Part shown: one piece after another, positions 32,103-39,822 of the stretch
How positions within the stretch are numbered: the stretch's first letter is position 1
Layout of the letters: the number at the start of each line of letters is the position of its first letter
Assembly: GCA_035686805.1 (NCBI GenBank)
Contig: DASRZD010000208.1
Span: 1 to 42,304 of the forward strand
Reading direction: 5' to 3'
Length of the DNA stretch: 42,304 bases
From: Armatimonadota bacterium
Lineage (GTDB): Bacteria; Armatimonadota; UBA5829; DTJY01
Notes under the pieces: model-generated
The model's database searches: none
What the model saw: the letters and a program-made list of their open reading frames with translations, nothing else
What the model was told of the DNA's origin: nothing
Position numbers and translations under genes: made by a program

Positions 32103-32324
32103 CTAATGAGAGACTGCTCTCAACCCTAACTCCCTGAGCACGATGCGAATACCCATACCGTGGGAATAGGACCTGGCATAATCCTGCTGGGCTCGGGCAA
32201 TGGGTCCGGCGGTGGCGATTACGAGCAGTATGGAGAGAACCATACACTTGCTGAGCTTCGGATTCGCACAATGAAGCCCCAGATAGTGGCGGAGAGCGCA
32301 GATTATTGTGCAGAGCCTTGCCAT
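32103..32324 (-). CDS. Doubtful 73-aa ORF (or non-coding leader/sRNA) downstream of a strong promoter
   Basis: The ATG lies 9 nt after the TACAAT -10 with no SD, the same near-leaderless layout as uvrA. An internal segment, MVLSILLVIATAGPIARAQ, resembles a signal peptide. I recognise no family. Confidence 0.25.
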   Translation of the reverse strand: MARLCTIICALRHYLGLHCANPKLSKCMVLSILLVIATAGPIARAQQDYARSYSHGMGIRIVLRELGLRAVSH

Positions 32325-32333
32325 AGCAGGGGT

Positions 32334-32362
32334 ATTGTAACCTATAGCAGAGCTGGCGTCAA
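32334..32362 (-). promoter_or_regulatory. Near-consensus sigma70 promoter (-35 TTGACG, 17 nt, -10 TACAAT) overlapping the panD stop
   Basis: Minus strand reads TTGACG ccagctctgctataggt TACAAT. The TGA of panD is embedded in the -35. Confidence 0.55.
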
Positions 32363-32715
32363 GGGAACTGGATGCTGCGGAGGAACTTGTTGTCGTCGTC
32401 CACGAGAATCATCCTGGGGGTGATGGCCTCGTCGGTCAAGACAAAGGCTACGATTATCACCTTGTCACCCTGCTTGCAGAGATGGGCCGCCGCCCCATTG
32501 ATGCAGATCACCCCTGACCTCTTTTCTCCAGGGATGGCATAGGTCACGAACCGCTTCCCGTTAATGACATTCCAGACGTGAACCAGCTCCCCATTCCGGA
32601 TCCCGGATCGCTCCATGAGGTCCTGGTCAATCGTGATGCTGCCGACGTAGTCCACATTGGCAGCGGTGACCGTCGCCCTATGAATCTTGCTTTTCAACAG
32701 AGTGAGTAGCTGCAT
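32359..32715 (-). CDS. panD: Aspartate 1-decarboxylase
   Basis: MQLLTLLKSKIHRATVTAANVDYVGSITIDQDLM contains the pyruvoyl self-processing G-S site. 118 aa. Confidence 0.95.
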   Translation of the reverse strand: MQLLTLLKSKIHRATVTAANVDYVGSITIDQDLMERSGIRNGELVHVWNVINGKRFVTYAIPGEKRSGVICINGAAAHLCKQGDKVIIVAFVLTDEAITPRMILVDDDNKFLRSIQFP

Positions 32716-32742
32716 TTCGAGTAGTAATTATACCAGATCAGT

Positions 32743-33825
32743 CTAGCTTCGGGCAAGGTACTTCGAGACGTAATTCCGAGTGCGGTACTCGGCGACCATC
32801 TTATCATCGAGTGGATAAACGCCGAATTCCTTCGCCGTCTCAACCATCGTCCGGTAGCTCTCGGGATTCACTCCGGGATGGATGCTATTGCTGGACGCGA
32901 TGACGTGCCCTCCCCCAACGGACGCCTTGGCGATGGTCTCCTTCACGGCATCAATGATTTCCTCGCGGCTCGCATGAGTAAGAATCTCCGTGCAGTCAAC
33001 ATTGCCTACGACCGCCACCCTATCGCCGTATTTCGCCTTCACCTCGCCGATGTCCATGCCGGCAATCGGCTCGATTGGGTCAATGGCATCCACGCCGGCA
33101 TTGACGACCGCATCCAGGATCGGCCAAATGTACCCATCCGTGTGCTTGACGAACGGCACTCCCCTCGCATGAGCCGCGTCCGCCATTTCCTTTATATATG
33201 GCGCGCAATATTCATCGAAGAAAGCCGGCGACATCAAGGGTGCCGTTCGGAACGCATAGTCATCACCCGAGACGACTACGTCCAGCCCCTCGTCAACCGT
33301 CCTGTTCAGTATGGCCTTCTTGTAGTCAACGACGATCCTAGCCAGCCGATGAACGAACTCGGGATCTTCGATGTACGCCATGAACAGGTTGGTCATTCCA
33401 TACAAGTAATGCGAGAACTCGAATGCCTCGTGGCAGCAGATGGCGATCGCCTTCTCGCCTTTGAACCGCCTCACGGCCTCCTTCAAGGTATCCAGCCGAT
33501 GATCGGCATTCGGGTCGGGGGCTTTGTAGGAGTCCAGGTCGGACTTGGTCTTGATCGGCCCGCCCAGTGGATAAGAAGCCCCGCAAGGCTCGATGCCCCA
33601 CTTGATCCCCCACTCGTCCTGAAACACGCCGTTTCCCAGGTCCCTGGTTCGCTGGTTCTCGAAGACGGTGACGGCATCCAGGCCGATCTTCTCGGCTAAG
33701 GCGAAGTAGCCGATGTCGCCATAGAGCGCCGACAGCGTCGGCTCATTGATAATCAGCTCCCAGATGGGAACTCGATCCGGCTGTTTCCTCTTGAGCGCCG
33801 TCAGAAACCTGTCTCTGCCTGTCAC
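32743..33825 (-). CDS. Uroporphyrinogen decarboxylase (URO-D) family protein, MtaA/CmuA-like methyltransferase type
   Basis: ~360 aa from the GTG at 33825, 2 nt after the upstream stop; the track's 33915 start overlaps the upstream gene. Motifs seen are DRFLTALKRKQPDRVPIW, VFQDEWGIKW, FVKHTDGYIWPILD and AIDPIEP. Confidence 0.75.
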   Translation of the reverse strand: MTGRDRFLTALKRKQPDRVPIWELIINEPTLSALYGDIGYFALAEKIGLDAVTVFENQRTRDLGNGVFQDEWGIKWGIEPCGASYPLGGPIKTKSDLDSYKAPDPNADHRLDTLKEAVRRFKGEKAIAICCHEAFEFSHYLYGMTNLFMAYIEDPEFVHRLARIVVDYKKAILNRTVDEGLDVVVSGDDYAFRTAPLMSPAFFDEYCAPYIKEMADAAHARGVPFVKHTDGYIWPILDAVVNAGVDAIDPIEPIAGMDIGEVKAKYGDRVAVVGNVDCTEILTHASREEIIDAVKETIAKASVGGGHVIASSNSIHPGVNPESYRTMVETAKEFGVYPLDDKMVAEYRTRNYVSKYLARS

Positions 33826-33827
33826 CG

Positions 33828-34601
33828 CTATTCCTCGTAAACCACTACGTGCGTGCCGATGGATGCCCCGAGCATCTGGGAGGCGTCGCCGCCGTTCACC
33901 GCTATCTCCAGGCATCCCATACTGCCGACGACCGCTACCGCATGCCCCTGGGGCACATCCCCGTAAGCCTTGCCAACCCCCATAACCTCCACCGAGCCGA
34001 TGTGGATCCTGGCCTTATCGGGCAGGCGCTCGCTGGGGATGTTGGTAATCAAGTTGCCGAACCGGTCCACATAGACAACTTCCCCCTGGATTCCCGGCCC
34101 TTGCTCCGCGACCTCCGGGATCGCAAAAGTCGTCGGTTCGTTGATCTCCTTACCGAATTCCTGAAGTCCCACTCCTAGTGAGAGATTAGCCGCAACCGGA
34201 GCGAAGACATCGCGACCGTGGAATGTGCCGCTGACCTTGGGAAGGAAGAATCGGCCATTGCTGAGTTCGACCGCCTTCCGCAATTCATGATGATGCAGCA
34301 CCCAGCTCAGTATGCCGTTGTCCGGGCAGACGACTATCTTGTCCTCGATCTCTGCCGCAATCGCCTTTCTCTCAGTCCCGATCCCCGGATCTACGACGAT
34401 TACGAACATGGTTTCCGCGGGGAAATACGCGAACGCCATGAAGAGAGCGAATGCCGCACTCTTGATATCCCCCTCGCGAATGTCATGACACACATCCACG
34501 ATCTGTGCTGATGGATTGATCCCGAGGATGACGCCCTTCATAATACCCGCGAATGGGTCGCGAAGGCCGAAGTCGGTCATCAATGCAATCGGACCTTTCA
34601 A
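33828..34601 (-). CDS. SAM hydrolase / SAM-dependent halogenase family protein (DUF62, S-adenosyl-L-methionine hydroxide adenosyltransferase)
   Basis: N-terminus KGPIALMTDFGLRDPFAGIMKGVILGI, then ...VVDPGIGT..., ...FHGRDVFAPVAA... and ...YVDRFGNLITNI. The TTG start overlaps the cobO stop by 4 nt. Confidence 0.85.
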   Translation of the reverse strand: MKGPIALMTDFGLRDPFAGIMKGVILGINPSAQIVDVCHDIREGDIKSAAFALFMAFAYFPAETMFVIVVDPGIGTERKAIAAEIEDKIVVCPDNGILSWVLHHHELRKAVELSNGRFFLPKVSGTFHGRDVFAPVAANLSLGVGLQEFGKEINEPTTFAIPEVAEQGPGIQGEVVYVDRFGNLITNIPSERLPDKARIHIGSVEVMGVGKAYGDVPQGHAVAVVGSMGCLEIAVNGGDASQMLGASIGTHVVVYEE

Positions 34602-35122
34602 AACTCGATCCCCTTCCTGGCCTGCACGCCGCCATTCGCCGGATGCTTGATCTCCTTCATTTCAGTCACAAGATCGGCTGCCTCTATTAGCCAGTTCGGG
34701 GCGTATCTGCCTGTCAACACTACCTCGGTATGGTCGGGGCGATCGCGAAGCACGTCGAGCATTTCCTCACAAGTGACAAAGCCGTATTCGAGAACGATGT
34801 TCATTTCGTCCAGCACGACCATGTCATAATCACTTGATGCAATCAACACCGAGGCAATTCCAAAATCCCTGCGGCTATCCTCTCGGAGTTCCGCGGACTC
34901 ACGCTGATCCAGACGGGCGTCGTATGGTCTTGACTTACCGTAAATGCTAAGGTTCGGGATGGATTTGGCAGCCTTGACTTCGCTGGATTCCTGAGGTTTG
35001 AGGAACTGGACGACGGCGACCTTGCAGCCCGCACCGACCGCCCTCAATGCCAGTCCCCATGCAGCAGTAGTCTTGCCCTTCCCACTGCCGGTGTATACCT
35101 GAACGAGCCCGCGTCTTGGCAA
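34598..35122 (-). CDS. cobO: Cob(I)yrinic acid a,c-diamide (corrinoid) adenosyltransferase
   Basis: GLVQVYTGSGKGKTTAAWGLALRAVG, VAVVQFLK and VVLDEMN motifs. TTG is the only canonical start; there is no SD, and the start abuts the repeat hairpin. Confidence 0.88.
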   Translation of the reverse strand: MPRRGLVQVYTGSGKGKTTAAWGLALRAVGAGCKVAVVQFLKPQESSEVKAAKSIPNLSIYGKSRPYDARLDQRESAELREDSRRDFGIASVLIASSDYDMVVLDEMNIVLEYGFVTCEEMLDVLRDRPDHTEVVLTGRYAPNWLIEAADLVTEMKEIKHPANGGVQARKGIEF

Positions 35123-35123
35123 A

Positions 35124-35193
35124 GTAAACAGTAAACAGTAAACAGTTACCAGTGTGGATATTACCGTTCACTGTTGACTGTTCACCGTTCACT
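35124..35193 (-). repeat. Two inverted heptanucleotide arrays (AGTGAAC-type x4 and GTTTACT-type x4 on the transcript) forming a ~22-bp hairpin
   Basis: Minus-strand RNA reads agugaac ggugaac agucaac agugaac ggUAAUAUCCACACUGGuaac uguuuac uguuuac uguuuac. The arm differences become G-U pairs on the minus-strand transcript only, leaving one C-U mismatch. Confidence 0.85.
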
Positions 35194-35201
35194 ACCTCCC
35201 C

Positions 35202-36269
35202 TCACAGATAGTTTTCGAGGTCAACTTCCTTTAGTTTCTCCACTATCTTCTTGACTTCCTGCGCGCGATCCTTATGGCAGATGAGCAATGCGTCGTCGGT
35301 GTCCACAACGATCAGGTCCTTGACGCCGATCGTCGCGACGACCTTGCCCTCAGCGCCGATTATGAGGCAGTTGTTCGTGTCTATGCCGATGTGAGAGGCC
35401 TTGACCGCATTTCCGTCGAGGTCCTTGATGGAGATATCCGAGACTGTCGCCCAGCTTCCGATGTCGTTCCATTCGAAGTCGCCCGGAATGACCAGGATGT
35501 CGCTCAGCTTCTCCATGATGCCGAAGTCAACCGAGATCCTCTCCATTTGCCGGTATTCGCTGTCTACCACCTCAGCCTCATTGGGAGTTCCAAGGGCGTC
35601 CTTGATCCGTATCAGGCGAGCATAGGTATCGGGCAAATGCTGCTCGAATAGTCGGAAGATGGTCGGGATGCTCCAGACGAACATACCGCTGTTCCAGTAA
35701 TAGTTGCCTGCCGTGAGGTACTCTTTCGCCTTCTCCAGGTTCGGCTTCTCCACGAACCGCCGCACGCGATAGACCTTACTGCCGCTGATCCCGCCGAATT
35801 CGCCATTGCTTTCGATATAGCCGTAGCCGGTTTCAGGGCCTGTGGGCTTGATGCCGATGGTGACCACATGGCCTTCGGCGGCGAGTTTCTCTCCGGCCAG
35901 AATGACCTCGGCAAACCTCTCCTCGCGCCCGATGAAGTGATCTGCAGCAAAGATTCCTAAGACCGCCTCAGGATCGATCCTGCTGAGATAAACCGCCGCC
36001 AGCCCGATGCACGCTGCCGTATCTCGCCTGTACGGATCAACGAGGATCTTCTGAACCATCGCAGGCATGACCTCGCTGATGACGCGGGCATGATGGGAGT
36101 TGGTGATGATGTAAACCTGATCCTCGCCCACGATGCGATCCAACCGCTCCGCCATCTCCTGAACGAGCGGCTTCTCGCCCGCAAGAGCGTGCATTTGCTT
36201 GGGGTAGTGCTCTCTTGACTTCGGCCAGAGACGAGTGCCGCCCCCTCCGGCCATGATGACTGCGAACAT
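35202..36269 (-). CDS. manC: Mannose-1-phosphate guanylyltransferase (nucleotidyltransferase only, no PMI domain)
   Basis: MFAVIMAGGGGTRLWPKSREHYPKQ NTP-transferase signature. 355 aa. GGAGG RBS 5 nt upstream. Confidence 0.85.
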   Translation of the reverse strand: MFAVIMAGGGGTRLWPKSREHYPKQMHALAGEKPLVQEMAERLDRIVGEDQVYIITNSHHARVISEVMPAMVQKILVDPYRRDTAACIGLAAVYLSRIDPEAVLGIFAADHFIGREERFAEVILAGEKLAAEGHVVTIGIKPTGPETGYGYIESNGEFGGISGSKVYRVRRFVEKPNLEKAKEYLTAGNYYWNSGMFVWSIPTIFRLFEQHLPDTYARLIRIKDALGTPNEAEVVDSEYRQMERISVDFGIMEKLSDILVIPGDFEWNDIGSWATVSDISIKDLDGNAVKASHIGIDTNNCLIIGAEGKVVATIGVKDLIVVDTDDALLICHKDRAQEVKKIVEKLKEVDLENYL

Positions 36270-36293
36270 GCGGTCCTCCTGGAGTGATGGAAC

Positions 36294-36338
36294 ATTGTAA
36301 CATGCGCGAGGGTCAACGGTCTATGGTCAATGGTCAAG
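36294..36338 (-). repeat. Heptanucleotide array of -35-like units (TTGACCA TTGACCA TAGACCG TTGACCC) abutting an extended -10 (TGtTACAAT) upstream of manC
   Basis: Plus strand reads ggtcaac ggtctat ggtcaat ggtcaag at 36311-36338. The TACAAT lies at 36294-36299 (minus strand). TAGACC sits 18 nt upstream of the -10. Confidence 0.75.
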
Positions 36339-36382
36339 GGACAATCCAGGCCATGGATCCTTCACCATTAACCATATGCTTC

Positions 36383-36781
36383 CTATGCTGCTGTCTTCCC
36401 GACGGAGACGAACTTGGTGGCAGGGCTCACTGCCGAGGGTGCCACTTCCGCAAGCTTTGTATCCATTTCCTCAAAACTAAACAGATTCAGGAGTCCGGTG
36501 ATCTCCATTATCCGCCGAATCCTGGGGCTCCGGCATGTGATCACGAACGAAGCATGGCTGTCCCTCGCCCTGACCCACATCCCGACCAGAGCCGCCAACC
36601 CGGAACTGTCAATGTATTCCAGCCCGTCGAGATTGACGACCACCTTCTTTGCCCCAGTTGCCCAGGTTCTGGCTATGCCGGTCAGCCGGTCGCTTGTATA
36701 CGAATCAAGCTGACCGGTCAAACGAAGCACCCTGGCGCCACCCTTCTCGCTCATTCCTATGTGCAATACTTCCGCATTCAT
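36383..36781 (-). CDS. STAS-domain anti-sigma-factor antagonist (SpoIIAA-like)
   Basis: 132 aa with VLRLTGQLDSYTSDRL...VVVNLDGLEYIDSSGLAALVGM. Confidence 0.85.
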   Translation of the reverse strand: MNAEVLHIGMSEKGGARVLRLTGQLDSYTSDRLTGIARTWATGAKKVVVNLDGLEYIDSSGLAALVGMWVRARDSHASFVITCRSPRIRRIMEITGLLNLFSFEEMDTKLAEVAPSAVSPATKFVSVGKTAA

Positions 36782-36798
36782 ACTGCTCCCTCCATGGC

Positions 36799-37530
36799 TT
36801 ATCGGATGATATAAGATAATGTCACGCTTGCATTTACCGTTACTTCGCCCGGAAGTATCGGCGTGGGTGAAGGGGCTGCTCCCATAGCCCTATAAACAAT
36901 GGACGGCGGCATGACTCCCACTCCGCCTTGCTGAACACTGTATACGCTCGCCAGCCCTATCTTCAGCTCGCGAGCCATCGTCTCCGCGTTCGCGATGGCA
37001 TCCGCGACCGCCTCTTTCAAAGCGGTCTGTCTGGCAGCCGAATCGTCTTGGAGCATAAAGCTGACGTTGTCAATTCGATTCGCTCCGGCAGCGACCGAGT
37101 CATCAATGATCTTGGGGACAAGGTCGAACTTATCCGTCGTCACTGTCACGATGTTCGTCACGTCGTAACCGACTATCGGCGGCGTGCCTGGAATATTGGG
37201 CTGATCCGATCTTCTCACAGGCTGGATCTGGAAAGTGGAAGTCCGAATTTGGTTGTCAGGGATTCCAAGCGCTTTGATGGCCTGAATGATCTTTGTGACC
37301 TTGGCGGCGTTCTGCTCCCTCGCATCCGCCGCTGTCTTTGCTTCCGTCTCGACGCCGAGTTGGACCTGTGCCAAATCCGGGCGGACTCTCACCTCGCCAT
37401 TCCCGGTAGCCGTCAGCAGCGGTGGCTGAGCCTGAGTGGTCATCTGAGCGCTCACCTGCCCACCAACAAGCATGAGAACGACAGGTATAAGAATGAAGAA
37501 ATGCGGGCCGGTATAGGAAATGCGCTCCAT
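36799..37530 (-). CDS. SIMPL-domain (DUF541) periplasmic protein
   Basis: Start at the ATG at 37530 after GAGGAGG. N-terminal signal/TM segment, then GNGEVRVRPDLAQVQLGVETEAKTAADAREQNAAKVTKIIQAIKALGI...IRTSTFQIQP. Confidence 0.82.
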   Translation of the reverse strand: MERISYTGPHFFILIPVVLMLVGGQVSAQMTTQAQPPLLTATGNGEVRVRPDLAQVQLGVETEAKTAADAREQNAAKVTKIIQAIKALGIPDNQIRTSTFQIQPVRRSDQPNIPGTPPIVGYDVTNIVTVTTDKFDLVPKIIDDSVAAGANRIDNVSFMLQDDSAARQTALKEAVADAIANAETMARELKIGLASVYSVQQGGVGVMPPSIVYRAMGAAPSPTPILPGEVTVNASVTLSYIIR

Positions 37531-37819
37531 CGCGTCGGCCTCCTCTCGAGCCAAAGCCCTGTCGGCACAAACTCAGCATTGCCGGACAACCGATAACCCC
37601 CAGTCAATTCCGTCAAAAGATAGGAATGCACGGGGCCTAGATTATCGGCACCGGCTCCCGATGAAGGTTTTACTCACTTCCCTTACCCAGCACATCCAAG
37701 TCCCAGGCAGTCAGTGAGTGACCATATTCGAGAGCCGGTGCGCATCGGTGGGCTCCGGTCAGTTGCAGTGCATAGTTACCCGGAGTATGGAGGGTTTAAA
37801 CTTCTTGGAGGTGGGGAAT

Positions 37820-38677
37820 TCAGGTTTCCTCCGGTTCCACATGGGTGAGGACGGCGACGTGATCGAACTCAGCCCGGATCTTGTCCTCGATCTCTTCCGC
37901 AAGGTTGTGGGCGTCCACCAAAGTCATTTCCTTTGGCACGAATAGATGGACGTCCACGTGCCGCTGAGCCCCTGATTTCCTTGTCCGAAGCTTGTGGAAA
38001 CCTCTTACCCGCTCGTCGCCTTCAATGATCGAGATGATCCGCTCAACCTCGGGCATGGGAAGCTGGAGATCGAGCAGCGGGCCGACGGCCTGAACCGACA
38101 ATCGCCATCCGATCCATCCGATCCACAATGCAACCGCGAGTCCCAGCAGACGGTCGATGAGCACGATGTCCGTCAGATAGACCACCAGCAAGCCGATCAG
38201 AACTCCGGCCGAGGTAAAGACATCCAGCCGCAGATGATGGCCGTCAGTCTCGAGGGCGATGGAATCGGTCTGCTTAGCTACCTTGAAGAGCCGCGCCGAT
38301 ACTATCCAGTTTGCCAGCGCCGAGACCAGCATCACGCCGATGCCGATGCCCAGCTTCTCCACAGGAGCGCCATGTACAATGCGTATGATTGCTTCATATC
38401 CGATATACACGGCAGCGATGATGATCAGCAGGGCTTCCACCGTCCCGGATATATTCTCATACTTGCCATGGCCGTAGGCATGGGCCTCATCGGGAGGAGC
38501 ATCTGCGACTCTGACCGCGAGGAAGGCGATGAGCGCGGCAAGGAGGTCCACAGCCGAATGGATCGCCTCGGCCAATATACCAACCGATCCCGTGATGAGT
38601 CCTACCGCCGCCTTGCCGGCAACAAGCAGGAGATTAGAGATCACTGATAGTCTGGCGACTGTTGTCTTCTGTGTCAT
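37820..38677 (-). CDS. Cation diffusion facilitator (CDF) family divalent-metal exporter
   Basis: Six TM helices with metal-site motifs AIHSAVDLLAAL (TM2) and DGHHLRLDVFTSAG (TM5), plus a C-terminal cytoplasmic domain. An in-frame ccatccgat x2 repeat at 38105-38122 encodes IGWIGW. Confidence 0.9.
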   Translation of the reverse strand: MTQKTTVARLSVISNLLLVAGKAAVGLITGSVGILAEAIHSAVDLLAALIAFLAVRVADAPPDEAHAYGHGKYENISGTVEALLIIIAAVYIGYEAIIRIVHGAPVEKLGIGIGVMLVSALANWIVSARLFKVAKQTDSIALETDGHHLRLDVFTSAGVLIGLLVVYLTDIVLIDRLLGLAVALWIGWIGWRLSVQAVGPLLDLQLPMPEVERIISIIEGDERVRGFHKLRTRKSGAQRHVDVHLFVPKEMTLVDAHNLAEEIEDKIRAEFDHVAVLTHVEPEET

Positions 38678-38693
38678 GCCGCGATTAGCCTCA

Positions 38694-38732
38694 CAAACAA
38701 AAAACCCGCGGGTATCAGATTAGTCCCGCAGG
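38694..38732 (-). terminator. Intrinsic terminator inside the CDF gene leader (or 3' end of an sRNA)
   Basis: Minus strand reads CUGCGGG acuaaucugaua CCCGCGG UUUUUUGUUUG. An upstream GCAGG-AUGAA-CCUGC hairpin competes for the left arm. The ATG lies 16 nt beyond the U-tract. Confidence 0.7.
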
Positions 38733-38819
38733 TTCATCCTGCTGCTCAGAGAGCCCGGCACCATCCGTTATGGATCGCCTGGTCTAGCCATGTCTAGACT
38801 GTTGAGCTTGTCTGAATGC

Positions 38820-38848
38820 ATTATAAGGGCATAGGTGCTTCCTGTCAA
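38820..38848 (-). promoter_or_regulatory. Perfect consensus sigma70 promoter (TTGACA, 17 nt, TATAAT)
   Basis: Minus strand reads TTGACA ggaagcacctatgccct TATAAT, immediately downstream of the prs stop. Confidence 0.7.
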
Positions 38849-38853
38849 CCATT

Positions 38854-39822
38854 TTATGCGAATATTTCGCTGACCGAAGTATCGGCATGTATCCGCTGAA
38901 TTGCCGACGCGATCAGCGGCGCCACCGACACCTCTTTCAGGCCGCCAAGTCTCTCCCAACCACCCGGAATGGTGTTCGTGACCACAACCTCCTTGATCGC
39001 CGGATGAGATAGGTATTCGATCGCTTTCCCAACCAACACCGCATGAGTCGCTGCCACCAGGATATCCGCCTTCGCTCCTCCGTCCAAGAGTGCCCGCACA
39101 CTCCGGTTAATCGTTCCGCCGGTAGTGATCATATCGTCTATTATTATCGGCTGCTTACCCCGAACCTCCCCTACCACATGCACAATTTCCGTCTCTTCCG
39201 GCCCTGTTCTTCGTTTGTGGATGATCACCACAGGGAGATTCAGGCGGTTTGCGTATTGGGTTGCCATATTAACTCGACCGGCATCGGGCGCGACTACTAC
39301 CGAATCGCCAATATCATGGCCTCCAAGATGCTCGCCCAGGATTCCCACCGCCGTCAGATGATCAACGGGAATATCGAAAAAACCTTGGATCTGCGGAGAG
39401 TGGAGGTCAATAGTCAGGAGGCGGTCGGCGCCCCCCGCGATCAGCATGTCAGCTATCATCCTCGCGGTGATCGGCTCTCTGCCGGCGGTCTTCTTGTCCT
39501 GCCTCCCATAGCCGTAGTACGGAATGACGGTGGTTATTCGGCGTGCCGAGGCCCGTCTCAGCGCATCGAGGATGATCAGCAGCTCGGTGAAGTTCTCGTT
39601 CACTGGAGGGCAGGTCGGCTGGACGACGTAGACATCCTTGCCCCGGACGCTGGTCTCGACCTTCACGTAGATCTCGCCGTCAGGAAACCTGGTTACCGCC
39701 ATCGGCCCAACGGGAATGCCCATGCACCCGGCGATTTCCGTCGCAAGCTGAGGATGTGCAGTGCCGGAGAATATCTCCAGCTTGCCCGACATAGCTTTTG
39801 CGAAGTCGGGAGCTTTACTCAT
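38854..39822 (-). CDS. prs: Ribose-phosphate pyrophosphokinase (PRPP synthetase)
   Basis: LEIFSGTAHPQLATEIA at the N-terminus, a PRPP loop QPIIIDDMITTGGTI, and DLHSPQIQGFFDIPVDHL. The ATG overlaps the BON gene stop (ATGA). Confidence 0.95.
   Translation of the reverse strand: MSKAPDFAKAMSGKLEIFSGTAHPQLATEIAGCMGIPVGPMAVTRFPDGEIYVKVETSVRGKDVYVVQPTCPPVNENFTELLIILDALRRASARRITTVIPYYGYGRQDKKTAGREPITARMIADMLIAGGADRLLTIDLHSPQIQGFFDIPVDHLTAVGILGEHLGGHDIGDSVVVAPDAGRVNMATQYANRLNLPVVIIHKRRTGPEETEIVHVVGEVRGKQPIIIDDMITTGGTINRSVRALLDGGAKADILVAATHAVLVGKAIEYLSHPAIKEVVVTNTIPGGWERLGGLKEVSVAPLIASAIQRIHADTSVSEIFA

Noticed and set aside
34947-35192. 81-aa minus-strand ORF starting in the heptamer arrays and running out of frame over the cobO 5' end
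   Set aside because: It overlaps the well-supported cobO frame. Its N-terminus is just a translation of the repeat units (NGEQSTVNGN), and its downstream part is out-of-frame cobO sequence.
37649-37740. TPP riboswitch
   Set aside because: Only the P4/P5-like arm shows resemblance. The pyrimidine-sensor helices and the CUGAGA motif are absent, and the downstream gene (SIMPL) is unrelated to thiamine. It is kept only as a generic structured-RNA candidate.
38768-38959. 63-aa minus-strand ORF across the prs 3' end and the consensus promoter
   Set aside because: It overlaps prs out of frame and spans the promoter element. It has no RBS and no motifs.
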